Shown piece by piece: positions 16,875 to 19,063 of a DNA stretch of 19,063 nucleotides. The stretch spans positions 1 through 19,063 of the forward strand of contig CAZYLT010000029.1 of NCBI GenBank assembly GCA_964648855.1, in the 5' to 3' direction. The translations under genes and the position numbers were made by a program. The stretch is from an uncultured archaeon (GTDB taxonomy: Archaea; Asgardarchaeota; Thorarchaeia; Thorarchaeales; Thorarchaeaceae). How positions within the stretch are numbered: position 1 is the first letter of the stretch; each line of letters begins with the position of its first letter. The notes under the pieces were generated by a model. It searched no databases. It had not been told where the DNA came from and saw only the letters and a program-made list of their open reading frames with translations.

Positions 16875-17967
16875 TCTTGCCCCACCATATGCTTTCGATT
16901 TTACGATAATCCTCTTCATGCAAGACACCGTAGTATTGCTTTAGCAGAAAGGAGAGTTGAGTGTCCCAGAGATCTCTTAGGTCATCAATGCTCCTGACAT
17001 TTTTGAAAAACGCATGACCCAGATTGAAGTATGATTGAGTTGAGTCAAAAACATGGAGGGTTCTATCTATCGCATCTTCTTCCGCATCATTTTGCTCCAA
17101 AATTTTTCTTAAGACCAATTTGCTCGGAGGAATTTCAATAAAGGTAAAGCGTCGCATTAGTGCATAATCTAGGTCAATGGTGGATTTGTCAAGTGTGTTC
17201 ATTGTGCCAATGATGTGAACATTGTCAGGTATGGTAAACGGTTCTTGTGAATATTGAAGCACTATCTCATGACTTCGATACTCAAGAGCAGAGAATATCT
17301 CACCAAAAACCTGAGACAAGTCAGCACGATTTATTTCGTCAAGAATGATTACGATATTCTCATTTTTTCTGTTCTTGGCATGATCACACACTTGTTTGAA
17401 AAATCCGTTTTTTATGGTGAATGACAGTTTACCCGTCTTCTCTTCAACCCTAGGAAATATTCCTTCCATGAAACTCTCGTAGGAGTATGATGGATGGAAT
17501 TGGACCTCTTTAACATGATTCGAAATCCAATTTTGATCTTCGAGAAGCTCTTCCTCTATTTGACCTCTTCTTCTTGCAGCAATTCTAGCTCCCACACGTT
17601 TGGCATAGAATGTCTTGCTTGTGCCTGGAGGTCCAAATAGAATGACCTGTTTATTCAGTAGAGCTGTATTGTACACTTGTTGTTCTCTATCCAGCATTGT
17701 CGATGAGATTTCAGAACCAATAACCGATGTTTCATCAATTCCCCATTCTTTCAACCCATACATTCCCCCACCTAGTTGAACAAAAAGGTCCTGAGATGTT
17801 TTCATCATTGCCGCTCGAAGAGTCTGTGCGGGAGTCTTGGCATCAGGACTGGGTTGAACCAATCCTCCTCTTTCTGCACGTTCATATATTTCTCTATAAT
17901 GAAGGGGTTCTCCTTCATCTCTTAGTAGTTTCTCTGCAGCTTGCCAGTTAGTCATTGGTTCGGTCAT
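16861..17967 (-). CDS. mcrB: McrB-family AAA+ GTPase with an N-terminal HARE-HTH (HB1/ASXL-type winged helix)
   Basis: AAEKLLRDEGEPLHYREIY...KTPAQTLRAAM...GMYGL winged helix; GPPGTSKT, QFHPSYSYE, ILDEINR, McrB signature GTMNTLD, ALMRRF. Confidence 0.92.
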   Translation of the reverse strand: MTEPMTNWQAAEKLLRDEGEPLHYREIYERAERGGLVQPSPDAKTPAQTLRAAMMKTSQDLFVQLGGGMYGLKEWGIDETSVIGSEISSTMLDREQQVYNTALLNKQVILFGPPGTSKTFYAKRVGARIAARRRGQIEEELLEDQNWISNHVKEVQFHPSYSYESFMEGIFPRVEEKTGKLSFTIKNGFFKQVCDHAKNRKNENIVIILDEINRADLSQVFGEIFSALEYRSHEIVLQYSQEPFTIPDNVHIIGTMNTLDKSTIDLDYALMRRFTFIEIPPSKLVLRKILEQNDAEEDAIDRTLHVFDSTQSYFNLGHAFFKNVRSIDDLRDLWDTQLSFLLKQYYGVLHEEDYRKIESIWWGKSEEE

Positions 17968-18286
17968 TTCGAAAGATACCCCATGTGATTTGGAGCAAAC
18001 TCATTGCAATATTTAGTTTATGTTATCCGTTCTATTAAATAAACTTCGATGATAATTCGCAGCAAAATTGCTTGAATAGGCATGTCACGTCCATAGACTG
18101 GCACTCTGACTCGTTTAGCCAAACTAGACCAATTTCCCATAAAAAAGAAGATTCGGTTTCCAAGGCATTCTCAATTAGAACAAAACATCAAGATTTGCCA
18201 TTCGCGCTAAAGTCAAAAAATAAGGAAGTCATATGGTAAATGCTGGTATCTACTCATTTTAAATCTCCACTGCAAGAAACTTCTGT

Positions 18287-18420
18287 GTTCCACCCGTCTC
18301 CTGCCCGGTGTTACCACCATCTCACACACCAAACTGGCCTGTGAGTAAGCAGAAGCTTTGTCCGAACTCATCGGGATTGAATCCCTCCCTCGGTCGCGGC
18401 TTCTGTCTCCTGTCGTGACA
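18287..18420 (-). ncRNA. Candidate omegaRNA / element right end of the TnpB remnant (boundaries approximate)
   Basis: Minus-strand hairpins CTCACA-GGCCA-GTT-TGGTG-TGTGAG (18345-18321) and GGTG-GTAA-CACC (18318-18307, GNRA loop). GC-rich tract giving way to AT-rich flank near 18265. Confidence 0.4.
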
Positions 18421-18775
18421 TGCCCGCATCAGTAGCAGCAACAGTGAGTGTTTCCACAGTTCTTTCCACGGCGGGGTCGTTATCACTCAACTCAGGCTCG
18501 TCGCCGAACCTGGACAGGTCCGTCTGGACAAAGTGAACAGCCGCGGACTCGCCAGGATGTGATGCATCATCCCTTTTGGAGAGTGCGGACTTCCGCTTGG
18601 AAGAGTTTCTCTTCCTCCCGGCCTTCGAGACTGGGGCTCGCTCAGGAGTCACCCACCGCCCTATCCCGTGTGTATCATTCCGAAGTGAAGGAATGAGCTT
18701 GATGAGGCGGCGTGCGATGTTCAGAGAAACACTGCAAACAGCGTTGGTCTTGAATACATAATTAAGAAGTGGTAA
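18368..18775 (-). pseudogene. tnpB: TnpB-like (IS200/IS605/IS607) C-terminal remnant
   Basis: The 18368-18652 ORF stays open upstream to 18775 and reads ...FKTNAVCSVSLNIARRLIKLIPSLRND..., a decayed RuvC-III NAD.NAA.NIARR motif with the catalytic D lost, followed by a low-complexity tail. No zinc finger or RuvC-I/II upstream. Confidence 0.55.
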
Positions 18776-18875
18776 TTATCGCAACGCTAAACCTACCCAA
18801 ATAATTCTGCGAATATCATATTCTGTGGATGCCTTTTTGGGATACAGCATAGATTCTCGCATATCGGAAACAAAA

Positions 18876-19063
18876 CTAACCAGTAGTGGATGGTACCTTG
18901 TATATATGACCGTCCGCATGGTAAACCAATTCGAATTCAGTTGAAGATGTTTTATTCGGAGATTCATAAACAATATCATGTCCCTTCATTGAGCTTGCGT
19001 CCTCTCTTGTTTCGGACTGTTCCGGTGTCTTTACACGGAATGCACCAAATTGATTGATATTGA
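18876..19063 (-). CDS. 3' end of a hypothetical gene entering from the right edge
   Basis: Frame open from the edge for 62 codons: NINQFGAFRVKTPEQ...ELVYHADGHIYKVPSTTG*. Confidence 0.4.
   Translation of the reverse strand, partial: NINQFGAFRVKTPEQSETREDASSMKGHDIVYESPNKTSSTEFELVYHADGHIYKVPSTTG

Noticed and set aside
18776-18979. 67-aa minus-strand ORF from the track
   Set aside because: No motifs, and it overlaps a more protein-like frame that runs in from the window edge and stops at 18876.

Overview
Archaeal DNA, judged from GGTGA/GGAGGTGA ribosome-binding sites and a nurA-herA-mre11-rad50 operon. An Asgard-type host is my guess, not a result. The window holds a GNAT acetyltransferase, an S9 peptidase and a divergent M32 carboxypeptidase, followed by a minus-strand run of conflict and repair modules: a three-gene Doc toxin operon, an RHH plus membrane-protein pair, a stand-alone HEPN, nurA-herA-mre11-rad50, HARE-HTH-McrB/McrC, and a decayed TnpB 3' end with omegaRNA-like hairpins. 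The main unexplained structure is a same-orientation composite repeat present four times (about 1-84, 5092-5360, 6935-7140, 15461-15645). In the three complete copies it consists of a decayed gene 3' end plus a structured core of about 70 bp bounded by RYYYAAC...GTTRRRY-like sites; copy 1 is cut by the window edge. It divides the window into cargo modules, as in an integron-like or serial-integration array. All alignments and folds were done by eye.
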